Positions 1-11,016 of a stretch of DNA of 52,536 nucleotides are shown here, in pieces; positions within the stretch are counted from its first letter, which is position 1, and each line of letters opens with the position of its first letter. The notes beneath the pieces were generated by a model. That model ran no database searches and was not told where the DNA came from. It saw nothing but the letters and a program-made list of their open reading frames with translations. Both the position numbers and the translations under genes were made by a program. The stretch lies in sequence record DRR723986_1364; one strand, given 5' to 3'.

Positions 1-19
1 CTATGTCAAATAATAAAAA

Positions 20-622
20 TTAATTTTTATGTCTGTCTTTCAAAATACTAACCACATCATTAAGCTTAAAGTCTTTGGCTTGCAGAAGCATTAAATAGTG
101 GAACAGAAGATCTGCACTTTCCTCAAGGAATAACTCGTCATTATTGTCTTTTGCTTCAATAACAACTTCCACAGCTTCCTCTCCTACTTTCTGAGCAACT
201 TTATTAATGCCTTTTGCAAACAAGGAAGCTACATAAGATTTTTGAGAATCGGCATTTTCAATTCTAGATGATATGACTTCTTCTAATTTTGAAATAAATC
301 CAAAATTTTGATTATTGTCCTCATTCCAGCAAGTATCAGAACCTTTATGACAGGTCGGGCCTTCTGGTGTAACAGAAACTAAAAGCGTATCGTTGTCACA
401 ATCAAGTTTGACATCAACCAATTTTAACACATTACCACTTTCTTCACCTTTTGTCCAAAGTCTTTTCTTAGTACGACTGAAAAATGTTACTAGTCCAGAT
501 GATTTAGTTTTTTCTAAAGCCTCATTATTCATATAACCAAGCATCAAGACATTTTTGGTATTAGCATCTTGAATAATTGCTGGCACTAGACCATCTCCAT
601 TTTTATTAAAATCTATGTTCAT
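20..622 (-). CDS. hisIE: Bifunctional phosphoribosyl-AMP cyclohydrolase/phosphoribosyl-ATP diphosphatase
   Basis: WTKGEESGN, DCDNDTLL, CHKG and KVGEEAVE motifs; last gene of the his operon. Confidence 0.97.
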   Translation of the reverse strand: MNIDFNKNGDGLVPAIIQDANTKNVLMLGYMNNEALEKTKSSGLVTFFSRTKKRLWTKGEESGNVLKLVDVKLDCDNDTLLVSVTPEGPTCHKGSDTCWNEDNNQNFGFISKLEEVISSRIENADSQKSYVASLFAKGINKVAQKVGEEAVEVVIEAKDNNDELFLEESADLLFHYLMLLQAKDFKLNDVVSILKDRHKN

Positions 623-637
623 TTTATACTTTTTATA

Positions 638-663
638 AGATACTGAAACAAGTTCAGCATGAC
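638..663. repeat. REP-like short palindromic element between hisF and hisIE
   Basis: Minus strand reads gtcATGCTGAActtgtTTCAGTATct, an 8-bp stem (one G-U) with a 5-nt loop. It resembles, from recall, a dispersed flavobacterial palindrome GTCATGCTGAACTTGTTTCAGCATCT; only one copy noticed here. Confidence 0.55.
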
Positions 664-665
664 CA

Positions 666-1421
666 CTAAAGTCGTACTTCTATATTTTGTTTCCTTAGTT
701 CTTTTTTCAGTTCTATAATTGGTATTTCACCAAAATGAAAAACGCTTGCGGCCAACGCTGCATCAGCCTTGCCCTTTATAAAAGTATCTGCAAAGTGCTG
801 AATGGTACCAGCGCCTCCAGATGCTATTATAGGTATGTTTACTAGCTCAGATAATTTAGCTAAGGCTCCATTTGCAAATCCCGCTTTAGTCCCATCATGA
901 TTCATAGAAGTAAATAATATTTCACCTGCACCACGCTCTTCTACTTCCTTAGCCCACTCAAACAGTTTAATTTCTGTCGGAATAGTACCTCCTGCCAAAT
1001 GCACAATCCACTCTTCACCTATTTTTTTGGCATCAATGGCTACAACCACGCATTGACTTCCAAACTTCTGAGAAAGCTCATTAATAAGTTCTGGACGTTT
1101 AACTGCTGACGAATTAATAGATACTTTATCAGCACCACAATGTAATAAGTCATCTACATCTTCAACAGAGGATATACCTCCACCAACTGTAAATGGGATA
1201 TTAACCTGTTCTGCCACTTTTAATACCATATCGTGTATTGTTCTACGTCTCTCTTGTGTAGCAGATATATCTAAAAATACCAATTCATCAGCACCCAATT
1301 CAGCATATTGCTTTGCTAATTCCACCGGATCACCTGCGTCGCGCAAATCCACAAAGTTGACACCTTTTACAGTACGTCCATCCTTAATATCCAAACAAGG
1401 AACAATTCGTTTTGTAAGCAT
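666..1421 (-). CDS. hisF: Imidazole glycerol phosphate synthase cyclase subunit
   Basis: [24 protein letters not shown] and AALAASVFH motifs. Confidence 0.98.
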   Translation of the reverse strand: MLTKRIVPCLDIKDGRTVKGVNFVDLRDAGDPVELAKQYAELGADELVFLDISATQERRRTIHDMVLKVAEQVNIPFTVGGGISSVEDVDDLLHCGADKVSINSSAVKRPELINELSQKFGSQCVVVAIDAKKIGEEWIVHLAGGTIPTEIKLFEWAKEVEERGAGEILFTSMNHDGTKAGFANGALAKLSELVNIPIIASGGAGTIQHFADTFIKGKADAALAASVFHFGEIPIIELKKELRKQNIEVRL

Positions 1422-1423
1422 GT

Positions 1424-2149
1424 TTAATTATTTAAAATAAATTGTTCTAATTCTTTCAATGAAATTCTGTTCTCATATATGGCTTTACCTATAATGACTC
1501 CTTCACAACCCATCTCTGCTAATTGTGGCAACTCACTAAATTTTGAAATACCTCCAGAAGCAATCAATTTAATACCTTTTACATCATTTAAAATTCTTTT
1601 GTACAAGTCAATGGAAGGTCCTTCAAGCATTCCATCTTTAGAAATATCTGTACAAATAACGTAAGACACACCTTTAGTTTGGTAATCTGTTATAAATTGA
1701 ATAACCTCTAAATCACTTTCTTCTTGCCAACCTGAAATGGCTATTTTTTCATTATTACAATCAGCACCAAGAATAATTTTATCTGAACCATATTTGGCAA
1801 TCCAAGTCTCAAATACTTTTGGGTTTTTAACTGCAATACTTCCACCTGTTATTTGATTTGCACCGGATTCAAAAGCAATTCTTAAGTCGTTATCAGACTT
1901 TAATCCTCCACCAAAATCTATTTTTAGATTTGTTTTGCCAGCTATTGATTCTAGGACCTTGTAGTTTACAATATGACTCGCTTTAGCGCCATCTAAATCA
2001 ACAACATGTAAAAATTCAATTCCTGCGTCCTCAAATGATTTAGCCACTTCCAATGGATCTTCATTATATACTTTTTTAGTATCGTAATCGCCCTTAGTTA
2101 AACGAACACACTGACCGTTAATAATATCTATTGCTGGTATTATCCTCAT
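1424..2149 (-). CDS. hisA: ProFAR isomerase
   Basis: [21 protein letters not shown] and [11 protein letters not shown] motifs. Confidence 0.98.
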   Translation of the reverse strand: MRIIPAIDIINGQCVRLTKGDYDTKKVYNEDPLEVAKSFEDAGIEFLHVVDLDGAKASHIVNYKVLESIAGKTNLKIDFGGGLKSDNDLRIAFESGANQITGGSIAVKNPKVFETWIAKYGSDKIILGADCNNEKIAISGWQEESDLEVIQFITDYQTKGVSYVICTDISKDGMLEGPSIDLYKRILNDVKGIKLIASGGISKFSELPQLAEMGCEGVIIGKAIYENRISLKELEQFILNN

Positions 2150-2150
2150 T

Positions 2151-2732
2151 TTATAATTCTAAAAAGTTTTGTAGTAAGCGCGCACCTGCCTTTCCTGATT
2201 TCTCTGGGTGAAATTGTACTCCAAAGAAATTATCATTTTCTAATGCCGATGCATACTCGATTTCGTAATCAGATGTGGCGATACTTTCTTTACAATTTTC
2301 AGCATAATAGCTATGGACTAAATACATGTAGTCACCTTCATCTATATTTTTAAACAAGTCAGATTTTAGATTTTTTACAGTATTCCAGCCCATTTGAGGA
2401 ACCTTCACATTATTTGAAAAACGTTTTACATCGGTGTGGAAAATACCAAGGCCTTTAGTGTCACCTTCTTCTGTATAATTACACATTAATTGCATGCCTA
2501 AGCATATGCCCAAGACTGGTTGCTTTAATTTAGGAATTAATCCGTCTAAACCAGATTTTTTGAGCATTTTCATAGCAGAACTAGCTTCACCTACTCCAGG
2601 AAATATAACTTTATCAGCTTTCAGAATTTCGTCTGCATCAAATGTTAAAACGGCATTAAAACCCAACCGCTGAAATGCAAATTGAATACTTTTTATGTTA
2701 CCTGCTCCGTAATTTACTATTCTAAGATCCAT
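2151..2732 (-). CDS. hisH: Imidazole glycerol phosphate synthase glutaminase subunit
   Basis: PGVG, GICLGMQ and QFHPEKS class I glutamine amidotransferase motifs. Confidence 0.98.
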   Translation of the reverse strand: MDLRIVNYGAGNIKSIQFAFQRLGFNAVLTFDADEILKADKVIFPGVGEASSAMKMLKKSGLDGLIPKLKQPVLGICLGMQLMCNYTEEGDTKGLGIFHTDVKRFSNNVKVPQMGWNTVKNLKSDLFKNIDEGDYMYLVHSYYAENCKESIATSDYEIEYASALENDNFFGVQFHPEKSGKAGARLLQNFLEL

Positions 2733-3865
2733 TACAACATTCCTTTAGTTGATGGCAAAATCATTTTATTTACATCTTGTTTAACTGCCATTTTAATGGC
2801 TTTAGCAAAAGCTTTGAAAATCGCCTCAATCTTGTGGTGCTCATTGTTGCCTTCAACTTTAACGTTTAAGTTACATTTAGCCCCATCTGTAAAGGATTTA
2901 AAAAAGTGATAGAACATTTCTGTTGGCATTTTACCAATCATTTCTCGTTTAAAATCTGCATCCCAAACGAGCCAGTTTCTACCTCCAAAATCAATAGCTA
3001 CCTGAGCTAAACAATCATCCATTGGTAAGCAAAATCCATAGCGCTCTATACCAAGTTTATTCCCTAAAGTTGAGGCAAATACTTCTCCTAAGGCAATCGC
3101 CGTATCTTCTATAGTGTGGTGTTCGTCAACTTCTAAATCGCCATCTACTTTAATATTTAAATCAATTTGACCATGACGAGCAATCTGATCTAGCATATGG
3201 TCGAAAAATGCAATACCTGTGTCGACGCTACTTTTTCCTGTTCCATCTAAATTTAGATTAATCTTAATTTTAGTCTCATTAGTATTACGCTCAATAGAAC
3301 CAACACGTTCAGTGGTCTTCAAAAATTCATAAATAGCTTCCCAGTCATTAGTTTCTAAAGCTATATATTGTTGCAATTCGTTATTACTAACCGTCACTTC
3401 ATCTGTCCCAAGATTCGTGTTGTCGTTAATAAATATTCCTCTTGCTTCCAAGTTTTTTGCTAATTCTATGTCAGTTAATCGATCACCTATAACATATGAA
3501 TTAGTCAAATCATAATCATCTGAAAAATACTTGGTCAACAAACCTGTATTTGGTTTGCGCGTTGGTGCATTATCCTTAGCAAATGTTCTATCAATAAACT
3601 GTTCTTTGAATATTACTCCTTCTTGTTCAAACGTTTTGATAACAAAATTATGAACTGGCCAAAACGTATCTTCCGGATACACTTCTGTACCAAGACCATC
3701 TTGATTTGTAATCATTACAATTTCAAAATTCAATTCCTCCGCAATCTTACTTAAGTATTGAAATACCTTTGGATAAAACTCTAGTTTTTCAAATGAATCT
3801 ATTTGTTCGTCTGCTGGTTCTCTTATTAAGGTGCCGTCTCTATCTATAAATAATACAGGCTTCAT
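2732..3865 (-). CDS. hisB: Bifunctional histidinol-phosphatase/imidazoleglycerol-phosphate dehydratase
   Basis: N-terminal HAD motif FIDRDGTL; C-terminal DEHHTIED and NEHHKIE metal motifs. Confidence 0.98.
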   Translation of the reverse strand: MKPVLFIDRDGTLIREPADEQIDSFEKLEFYPKVFQYLSKIAEELNFEIVMITNQDGLGTEVYPEDTFWPVHNFVIKTFEQEGVIFKEQFIDRTFAKDNAPTRKPNTGLLTKYFSDDYDLTNSYVIGDRLTDIELAKNLEARGIFINDNTNLGTDEVTVSNNELQQYIALETNDWEAIYEFLKTTERVGSIERNTNETKIKINLNLDGTGKSSVDTGIAFFDHMLDQIARHGQIDLNIKVDGDLEVDEHHTIEDTAIALGEVFASTLGNKLGIERYGFCLPMDDCLAQVAIDFGGRNWLVWDADFKREMIGKMPTEMFYHFFKSFTDGAKCNLNVKVEGNNEHHKIEAIFKAFAKAIKMAVKQDVNKMILPSTKGML

Positions 3866-4899
3866 GATAGTTGGTTTAATGTCCTAATTAATTTCTTGTT
3901 TTCTTCTTGTGTTCCAATGGTAAATCGCAAACAATTTTTACACAAAGGTTGTGTAGTTCTATTTCTAACTACAATGCCTTTATCAATCAATTGTTTATAG
4001 CGAAGGTCTGCATCATCTACTTTAGCTAACACAAAATTGGCATCTGATGGATAAATCGCCTTTACGAATAAAATACTGTTTAATTCAGTGATGAGTAAAT
4101 CACGTTCTTTTAAAATTAAAGCTATCTGGTCCTCTACTTCATTAATTTCATTTAAACGTTCAAGTGCTTTATCTTGAGTTAGCTGATTCACATTATAAGG
4201 TGGTTTTATCTTATTAAGAACAGAAATAATAAATTCTGAAGCATAGCAAATTCCTAGCCTGATTCCGGCTAAGCCATAGGCTTTTGACAAGGTCTGGGTT
4301 ACTATAAGATTTGAAAATTCATTCAGTCTACCAAGCCAACTCTCTTGAGATGAAAAATCGATATAGGCTTCATCAACAACTACAATGCCATTGAATTCTC
4401 TGATTAACTGTTCTGTCTTTTTAGAATTAAAGCTATTTGCTGTTGGGTTGTTTGGTGAACACAAGAACAACAATTTAGAATTACCATTCTGAACAGCAAG
4501 AATTTCATCAACTTTTGGTTCAAAATCATTATCTAATTCTACCGAAATGATGTCAACAGCATTTAAAACAGCCAACACCTTATACATTCCATAAGTTGGT
4601 GGCAAAGTGATAACATTATCGTTATTAGGTTCGCAAAACGCTCTAACAATAAGATCCAGAACTTCGTCACTACCATTACCTAGAAGAATTTGAGTTGTGG
4701 GCACCCCTTTGATTTCAGCTAATCGTTGCTTCACATCCGTTTGTTGTGGGTCTGGATATCGATTTACATTGGTCTTAAAGGGATTCTCGTTGGCATCAAT
4801 AAAGACCATATCTGCAGAAGCATCTTTATATTCATCCCTTGCAGAAGAATAGGCTTTAATAGTCTTAATATTTTCTCGTAAAAGATTTTCTATTTTCAT
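3862..4899 (-). CDS. hisC: Histidinol-phosphate aminotransferase
   Basis: NRYPDP, GNGSDE, CSPNNPT and [14 protein letters not shown] (PLP lysine) motifs. Confidence 0.97.
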   Translation of the reverse strand: MKIENLLRENIKTIKAYSSARDEYKDASADMVFIDANENPFKTNVNRYPDPQQTDVKQRLAEIKGVPTTQILLGNGSDEVLDLIVRAFCEPNNDNVITLPPTYGMYKVLAVLNAVDIISVELDNDFEPKVDEILAVQNGNSKLLFLCSPNNPTANSFNSKKTEQLIREFNGIVVVDEAYIDFSSQESWLGRLNEFSNLIVTQTLSKAYGLAGIRLGICYASEFIISVLNKIKPPYNVNQLTQDKALERLNEINEVEDQIALILKERDLLITELNSILFVKAIYPSDANFVLAKVDDADLRYKQLIDKGIVVRNRTTQPLCKNCLRFTIGTQEENKKLIRTLNQLS

Positions 4900-6185
4900 G
4901 ATTCTAAATCTTTTAAACGTAATGACACAGCATTTTTGTGTGCCTGTAATCCCTCTGCTTCAGCCATTAACTCTATAGCTGGCCCGATGTTTTTTATACC
5001 TTTTTGGGAAATTTTCTGAAAGGTCATACTCTTTTGGAAACTGTCTAGATTTACTCCTGAATATGCCTTAGAAAACCCATTAGTTGGTAAGGTATGATTT
5101 GTGCCAGAAGCATAGTCTCCAGCACTTTCTGGTGTATAATTACCTATAAAAACTGAACCAGCATTTCCAATGTTTTCAACAAAGTAGTCATCATCATTTG
5201 TAGCAACAATAAAATGCTCTGGCCCATATTCATTAATTAATTCTAATGCTGTCTTAAAATCCTCTACAACGATTGATTTCGAATTATTTATGGCATCAGT
5301 AGCCATTTCTTTTCTTGGCAAAACTTCAAGTTGAGCCTCAACTTCAGAATTAACCTTTTCGGCGAACTTTTTTGAAATAGTAACTAAAATCACCTGACTG
5401 TCTGAACCATGTTCAGCCTGACTTAGCAAGTCTGAAGCCACATAAGCAGGATTAGCCGATTCATCTGCCATTACTAGTAACTCACTAGGTCCTGCAGGCA
5501 TATCTATAGCTACACCATATTTGGTAGCAATTTGTTTTGCAACTGTTACAAATTGATTTCCTGGGCCAAAAATTTTATAAACCTGAGGAATAGAATCTGT
5601 ACCAAAGGTAAGACCTGCGATGGCCTGAATACCACCAACCTTTATAATTTTAGTGACACCACATAGTTTTGCGGTGTATAGTATTTCATCGGCTATCTTC
5701 CCTTCACTATTAGGTGGTGAGCACAAAACAATGTCGCCACAACCAGCAATATTTGCAGGAATAGCCAGCATTAATACTGTTGAAAATAATGGTGCAGTGC
5801 CACCTGGAATGTAAAGACCAACTTTCTGAATAGGTCTTTTCTCTTGCCAGCATTTTACACCTCTCATTGTTTTGAGAAACACCTTATCCGTTTGCTGTGC
5901 TTTGTGAAACTGTTTTATATTCTTTTTGGCAAGCTTTATTGCTTTCTTCAAGTCTTTGGTAACACGATTACACGCATCACTTACTTCTTGTTCTGATACT
6001 AAAAACGACTTTAATTCAACTTTATCAAATTCGCTAGTGTATTGTTTTATTGCCTTATCACCATTGGTTTTTACCTTATTAAAAACATTGTATACGATAT
6101 CTTCGATATCATTAACCGTTTTCGTTGGTCGTTTTAAAATAGTAGACCATTCTTTCTTTAGCGGGTTTTCTATTAATCTCATCAC
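4896..6185 (-). CDS. hisD: Histidinol dehydrogenase
   Basis: GLYIPGG, DMPAGPSE, SQAEH and GDYASGTNHTLPT motifs. Confidence 0.98.
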   Translation of the reverse strand: MMRLIENPLKKEWSTILKRPTKTVNDIEDIVYNVFNKVKTNGDKAIKQYTSEFDKVELKSFLVSEQEVSDACNRVTKDLKKAIKLAKKNIKQFHKAQQTDKVFLKTMRGVKCWQEKRPIQKVGLYIPGGTAPLFSTVLMLAIPANIAGCGDIVLCSPPNSEGKIADEILYTAKLCGVTKIIKVGGIQAIAGLTFGTDSIPQVYKIFGPGNQFVTVAKQIATKYGVAIDMPAGPSELLVMADESANPAYVASDLLSQAEHGSDSQVILVTISKKFAEKVNSEVEAQLEVLPRKEMATDAINNSKSIVVEDFKTALELINEYGPEHFIVATNDDDYFVENIGNAGSVFIGNYTPESAGDYASGTNHTLPTNGFSKAYSGVNLDSFQKSMTFQKISQKGIKNIGPAIELMAEAEGLQAHKNAVSLRLKDLES

Positions 6186-7039
6186 AAAACCATGTTTTCA
6201 ATTGGACATACAAGAATACCTTCAGCACCATTGGCTTTAAGTTCATCGATAACATTCCAGAAATCATTCTTATTTATAACTGAGTGCAGAGAGCTCCAGC
6301 CTTTTTTTGCCAATGGTAAAATCGTTGGGCTATTCATACCAGGTAAAATATTAACAATCCTATCAAGTTTATCATTAGGAGCATTAAGCAATACATACTT
6401 ATTCTCTCTTCCTCTTAATACTGATTTTAACCTGAATTGTATTTTATCAATTATCGCTTGATTCTCTTCTGATATCATTGGAGATGTTGCCAACACAGCT
6501 TCAGATTTTAAAAGGACCTCTATCTCTTTTAAACCGTTCTTAAACAAAGTGCTACCACTAGAAACGATATCACAGATACCATCAGCCAAACCAATGTTTG
6601 GGGCGATTTCAACAGATCCGTTTATGATATGAAGATTGGCGTTAATACCAGTTTCTTTAAGGAATTGATTAACCGTATTAGGATAAGATGTTGCAATGCG
6701 TTTACCTTCTAGGTCTTTTAAACTCTTAGCATCTGATGATTTTGGAACAGCAATAGATACTCGACATTTTGAAAAACCCAGTTTTTCTACAATTGTAATA
6801 TCATTTCCCTTTTCAATCAGCACATTTTCACCAATAATGGCTGCATCTACAACACCATCTTTTAAATACTGAGGGATATCACCATTTCTAAGATAAAATA
6901 CTTCTAAAGGGAAATTTCTTGCAGATGCTTTTAATTGATCTTTACCATTATCAATAGAAATCCCAATTTGTTTTAATATTCTTAAAGAATCTTCATTTAG
7001 CCTACCAGACTTTTGTACCGCAATTTTTAATTTATTCAT
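6182..7039 (-). CDS. hisG: ATP phosphoribosyltransferase (long form)
   Basis: IAVQKSGRL, IATSYP, GSVEIAP and DIVSSGSTL motifs plus a C-terminal regulatory domain. Confidence 0.98.
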   Translation of the reverse strand: MNKLKIAVQKSGRLNEDSLRILKQIGISIDNGKDQLKASARNFPLEVFYLRNGDIPQYLKDGVVDAAIIGENVLIEKGNDITIVEKLGFSKCRVSIAVPKSSDAKSLKDLEGKRIATSYPNTVNQFLKETGINANLHIINGSVEIAPNIGLADGICDIVSSGSTLFKNGLKEIEVLLKSEAVLATSPMISEENQAIIDKIQFRLKSVLRGRENKYVLLNAPNDKLDRIVNILPGMNSPTILPLAKKGWSSLHSVINKNDFWNVIDELKANGAEGILVCPIENMVL

Positions 7040-7078
7040 TTTGATTTTAGTTGGTCTGAGAACATCAATAGATTACAT

Positions 7079-7111
7079 AAAAAAACCCGCTTGATATTCT
7101 CAAACGGGTTT
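7079..7111 (-). terminator. Attenuator terminator of the his leader
   Basis: Minus strand AAACCCGTTTGA-gaata-TCAAGCGGGTTT followed by a T-run, between the leader peptide and hisG. Confidence 0.88.
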
Positions 7112-7142
7112 ATTAAATATTTTGAAACTAATCAATACATCA

Positions 7143-7196
7143 TTACCTCGCTTGAGCGATTACCTGTAAATGATGATGTAATTGATTGTAATTCAT
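7143..7196 (-). CDS. hisL: His operon leader peptide MNYNQLHHHLQVIAQAR (17 aa)
   Basis: Hand-translated ATG(7196)..TAA(7143) with three consecutive CAT codons, directly upstream of a terminator hairpin and hisG. Confidence 0.88.
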   Translation of the reverse strand: MNYNQLHHHLQVIAQAR

Positions 7197-7260
7197 TTTT
7201 AATTTTGTTGAAACAAAGTTTGTGAAAATTATTTTATAATTCCAAGTCTTTAACTAAATT

Positions 7261-8076
7261 TTATTGATTTCCTAAAATTATTGGCATTCCACTCTCTCCA
7301 GAACCAATAATAACCACTTTGCTATTAGGAGACTCTGCTAACTTATTTGTTGCTTCTATCCCTTTATCCTGAAGAATCTTATCTGTTAACGATGCACTTA
7401 ATATTTTATTTGCTTCCGCTTTACCTTCTGCTTCAATAATTCTTTCCTCCGCTTGTTTTGCTGCAGATACTAATCTAAACTCATATTCTAAAGATTCTTG
7501 TTCCTGTTTTAATTTACGCTCAATGGCTTCCTTAATTGTTGGTGGTAATGTAACGTCTCTTACTAATACTTCATTTAATTGCACGTATTGTTTATCTAAT
7601 ATCTTCTTGGTTTCTTCATAGATTTCAATCTGAATTGCATCACGTTTCGTTGAATACAAATCATCTGGTGTATAGCGTCCAATTACACTTCTAGCAGCAC
7701 TTCGTATTGCTGGTTGAATAACACGCTGTAAATAATTTTCACCAATTGTTTGATGCAAATTACCTAATTGAGTCTGAACCGGTTGATACCAAGCAGAAGC
7801 ATCAATTTGAATCTCAAGACCATTTGAAGACAGTACTTTCATTTTTTCAAATAATTCTTGCTGACGCACTTCGTAAACATATACCTTGTCCCATGGTGCA
7901 ACAATATGAAATCCTTCACCTAAAGGTGGCTGATCAGTCACAACACCTCCAGCAAAAGTTTTATATAAAACACCTGCTTCACCAGAGCCAATGGTTACAG
8001 CTGACTTAGCTAAAATAATTATTGCGAATATTATTCCTATTAAGATTGGCAATCCAATTTTTGGTAATCTTTCCAT
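7261..8076 (-). CDS. SPFH/prohibitin family membrane protein
   Basis: N-terminal TM helix, GEGFHIVAPW, IRSAARSVIG and AIERKL coiled-coil typical of band-7 proteins. Confidence 0.88.
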   Translation of the reverse strand: MERLPKIGLPILIGIIFAIIILAKSAVTIGSGEAGVLYKTFAGGVVTDQPPLGEGFHIVAPWDKVYVYEVRQQELFEKMKVLSSNGLEIQIDASAWYQPVQTQLGNLHQTIGENYLQRVIQPAIRSAARSVIGRYTPDDLYSTKRDAIQIEIYEETKKILDKQYVQLNEVLVRDVTLPPTIKEAIERKLKQEQESLEYEFRLVSAAKQAEERIIEAEGKAEANKILSASLTDKILQDKGIEATNKLAESPNSKVVIIGSGESGMPIILGNQ

Positions 8077-8087
8077 TTCAATTTAAT

Positions 8088-10121
8088 TTAAATTAATCCG
8101 TTATATTTTCTGATAAACCACTCTAAAAACAAGCTAATTGCTATCAATCCGAGTAAGTATTTCCAGTCTATCAAAGGTACGATATTTTTAGTGCTTTTCT
8201 GAATAGTTGCATATCTATTATCTGATAATAAATCTGAGATAAGTTTATCATATTCAGTATTAAAAAAGGCCTTTCCATCACTGTTAAAAGCTAAAGATTC
8301 TAGCTTTTCTATATCGGCATTTAAAAACTGTTGTTCAACATTATATTCTAATACCTGAAAACTACCGCTTACCGTTACAGACTCTTCATTATGTTTTACG
8401 CTAAAGTCGTAACTACCAGCATCAAGACCACTGAGATCCACAACGTAATTACCGTTTTCTAACAAAAGAGGTACCTCTTTAATCCTTGCTGTAGATTTAT
8501 TCTTCAATTGAATACTCAATGACGCTTTAGGATCAAATTCAAAATTTTTATTAAAATATTGAGCAGAAATTATGATATCATCATTACCATTATAAAAAGA
8601 CTTATAATCTATATTGATACGTCTTCTTTTTTTATTTGTAGCTAAATACTGTATTAATTTATTAATGAAATTATCAAAGTCATTAAACTTTTCTGTTTCT
8701 AAATATGATTGAGCGCGCCATCTCCAAATATCTTCGCCATTCAATATTGCATTTTTTGTACCATCTGCTTCGAAAGTTACCAACATAATTTGATTAGTCA
8801 AAATTCCATTTACAGCCTTGTATAAAAGCACATCATGTGGTACACTTATTCCAAAATCGCCAAATTCAGATTTAAGTGGAGGGAAATTATTAAAATCAAT
8901 ATTATCAACAATAAAGGTGTTGAAATTACGGTTTAAACTTGGTTGGTAGTCTTCTGTTTGGTTTGTTATAGCATGCTTAAAATTGCTTTGAGAATTATTT
9001 AATAAATTCCAGTTTGTGGTGGCGCCTACAATTACAAATGAGTTGATTTTATCTTGTTCAAGTCTTTTTAAAACATTTGTAAACTTATTATTTGGCTGAT
9101 ATAATATAACTACTTGAAAATCATTAATTTTATCTAAATATTTATTTGGCTTTAGTATAGTTACACTGCGCTGTTCATTGCTTTCAATAGATTTTTTCAG
9201 CGCACCTAAGTCTGGATGTAATTGATCAGATACTAATGCAATATTAGTTTTTTGGTCAATAACCTCAACACCAAAATTCTTAGAATTATTAACAGTGTTT
9301 TTTTCATTCTGTAATGGTACGATTTCTACGCGATAGGTTTTAACACCAACACTATTTGCTAATAATGCAGTTGATATAATCTCAGAATTTTTTGATGAGC
9401 TAAAACTTACGTTTTTCTTAAAGACCATTGAATTACCCGACCATATTCTAACTTCAGAGACAACTTCAGATTTGCCATTATAGTTGGCAATTATTTCAAC
9501 AGGAAATTTGTTTTTAAGAAACACATATCCATTTACGTTTAATTGCCTAATGCTCAAATCTGCATAAACCGTTGAATCACCTAAAATTAAAGGATAAACA
9601 GGCTGTTTTATACTGTTTGAAAGGAAACTGTAATCGGTTCCGTAAGTTTGATTACCATCTCCAATTAAAACGATTGGTGCAGTTTGATTTGAAAATGCTT
9701 CACCAATTTGTCTTAAGGCTTGTGAAATGTTTGATTGCTTTTCTTTAAAATTTAAACTATCAAGTGAATACAAGTCCTTACCAAAGGTAAATGCTTCTAT
9801 ATTGAAACGATTATTGAGTTCGGTATTTTCAATTAGTAGATTAACAATTAATTTTGATGTTTCATCTTGTTTTAAATAACTAATAGATTGTGAGTTATCA
9901 ATTGCTAAAATCAAATTTGGCTTTTGATCATAAAAACTTAACGATTCAAACTTTGGATTAATGAGTAGTAAAAGAATACTAAAAATTGTAATTGTCCTTA
10001 ATGCAAATAATAAATACTTAAGATTAGATTTTATTTTCGATATATATATATACTGAAACAGCGCTAATAAAAGCGCTGCTGTTCCAGCTAATATAATATA
10101 TACTATTGTTTCTGTTTGCAT
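8088..10121 (-). CDS. Membrane-anchored VWA-like domain protein
   Basis: Two N-terminal TM helices, MIDAS-like IDNSQSI and GDG, WRWR motif, C-terminal TM ending EWFIRK. Confidence 0.7.
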   Translation of the reverse strand: MQTETIVYIILAGTAALLLALFQYIYISKIKSNLKYLLFALRTITIFSILLLLINPKFESLSFYDQKPNLILAIDNSQSISYLKQDETSKLIVNLLIENTELNNRFNIEAFTFGKDLYSLDSLNFKEKQSNISQALRQIGEAFSNQTAPIVLIGDGNQTYGTDYSFLSNSIKQPVYPLILGDSTVYADLSIRQLNVNGYVFLKNKFPVEIIANYNGKSEVVSEVRIWSGNSMVFKKNVSFSSSKNSEIISTALLANSVGVKTYRVEIVPLQNEKNTVNNSKNFGVEVIDQKTNIALVSDQLHPDLGALKKSIESNEQRSVTILKPNKYLDKINDFQVVILYQPNNKFTNVLKRLEQDKINSFVIVGATTNWNLLNNSQSNFKHAITNQTEDYQPSLNRNFNTFIVDNIDFNNFPPLKSEFGDFGISVPHDVLLYKAVNGILTNQIMLVTFEADGTKNAILNGEDIWRWRAQSYLETEKFNDFDNFINKLIQYLATNKKRRRINIDYKSFYNGNDDIIISAQYFNKNFEFDPKASLSIQLKNKSTARIKEVPLLLENGNYVVDLSGLDAGSYDFSVKHNEESVTVSGSFQVLEYNVEQQFLNADIEKLESLAFNSDGKAFFNTEYDKLISDLLSDNRYATIQKSTKNIVPLIDWKYLLGLIAISLFLEWFIRKYNGLI

Positions 10122-10140
10122 TAATTAACGTCTATAACGA

Positions 10141-10887
10141 CTATGTTAACATACCACCATCAACATTTAATGTTTGGCCAGTTACATAGGCACTTAAATC
10201 ACTTGCTAAATAAACACAAGCATTGGCAATATCTTCTGGAGTACCACCTCTTTTTAAAGGAATTGCTGCCCTCCAACCTTTCACCGTTTCTTCATCTAGT
10301 TTGGCTGTCATTTCTGTTTCAATAAAACCAGGAGCGATTACATTGCTTCTAATATTACGAGACCCTAATTCTAAGGCTACCGATTTAGAGAAACCAATAA
10401 TACCAGCTTTTGATGCCGCATAATTGGTCTGACCTGCATTTCCTTTAACACCTACAACCGAACTCATATTGATGATAGAGCCCTTGCGCTGTTTTAACAT
10501 TGTACGTTGTACAGCTTTGGTCATATTAAATACCGACTTAAGGTTAACTTCAATAACTTTATCAAAATCTTCTTCGCCCATACGCATTAAAAGGTTGTCT
10601 TTGGTAATACCTGCATTATTTACAAGGATATCAATTGAACCAAATTCTGCTAATACGTCTTCGGCTAATTGCTGAGCTTCATCAAAACTAGCTGCATTAC
10701 TTTGATAGCCTTTAGCTTTGATACCTTTAGAGTTTAATTCAGTCTCTAAAGCGTTTGCAGCTTCAACAGATGAACTATATGTAAAAGCAACATTTGCTCC
10801 ATGATCTGCGAAGACCTCTGCTATACCCTTACCTATTCCACGACTGGCACCAGTAATAATTGCCGTTTTTCCTTCTAATAGTTTCAT
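10141..10887 (-). CDS. fabG: 3-oxoacyl-ACP reductase
   Basis: TGASRGIG, NNAGITKD, YAASK and PGFIETEMT motifs. Confidence 0.95.
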   Translation of the reverse strand: MKLLEGKTAIITGASRGIGKGIAEVFADHGANVAFTYSSSVEAANALETELNSKGIKAKGYQSNAASFDEAQQLAEDVLAEFGSIDILVNNAGITKDNLLMRMGEEDFDKVIEVNLKSVFNMTKAVQRTMLKQRKGSIINMSSVVGVKGNAGQTNYAASKAGIIGFSKSVALELGSRNIRSNVIAPGFIETEMTAKLDEETVKGWRAAIPLKRGGTPEDIANACVYLASDLSAYVTGQTLNVDGGMLT

Positions 10888-10934
10888 AAATATAAGTTTC
10901 GATTAGTTAGTTTTTGCTTGATTTAAGCCTATTT

Positions 10935-10942
10935 CAAATATA
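10935..10942 (-). promoter_or_regulatory. Bacteroidota housekeeping -7 promoter element for fabG
   Basis: TATATTTG on the minus strand matches TAnnTTTG, about 48 nt upstream of the ATG. Confidence 0.6.
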
Positions 10943-10965
10943 ACAATTACAAATTACGAAGACAT

Positions 10966-10997
10966 AAAAAAACCTCACAAGATTTTGTAAGGTTTTT
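10966..10997 (-). terminator. Intrinsic terminator after sucD
   Basis: Minus strand AAAACCTTACAA-aatc-TTGTGAGGTTTT followed by more Ts, about 20 nt after the sucD stop. Confidence 0.8.
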
Positions 10998-11016
10998 AAC
11001 AGTTTCTGTGTTATTA

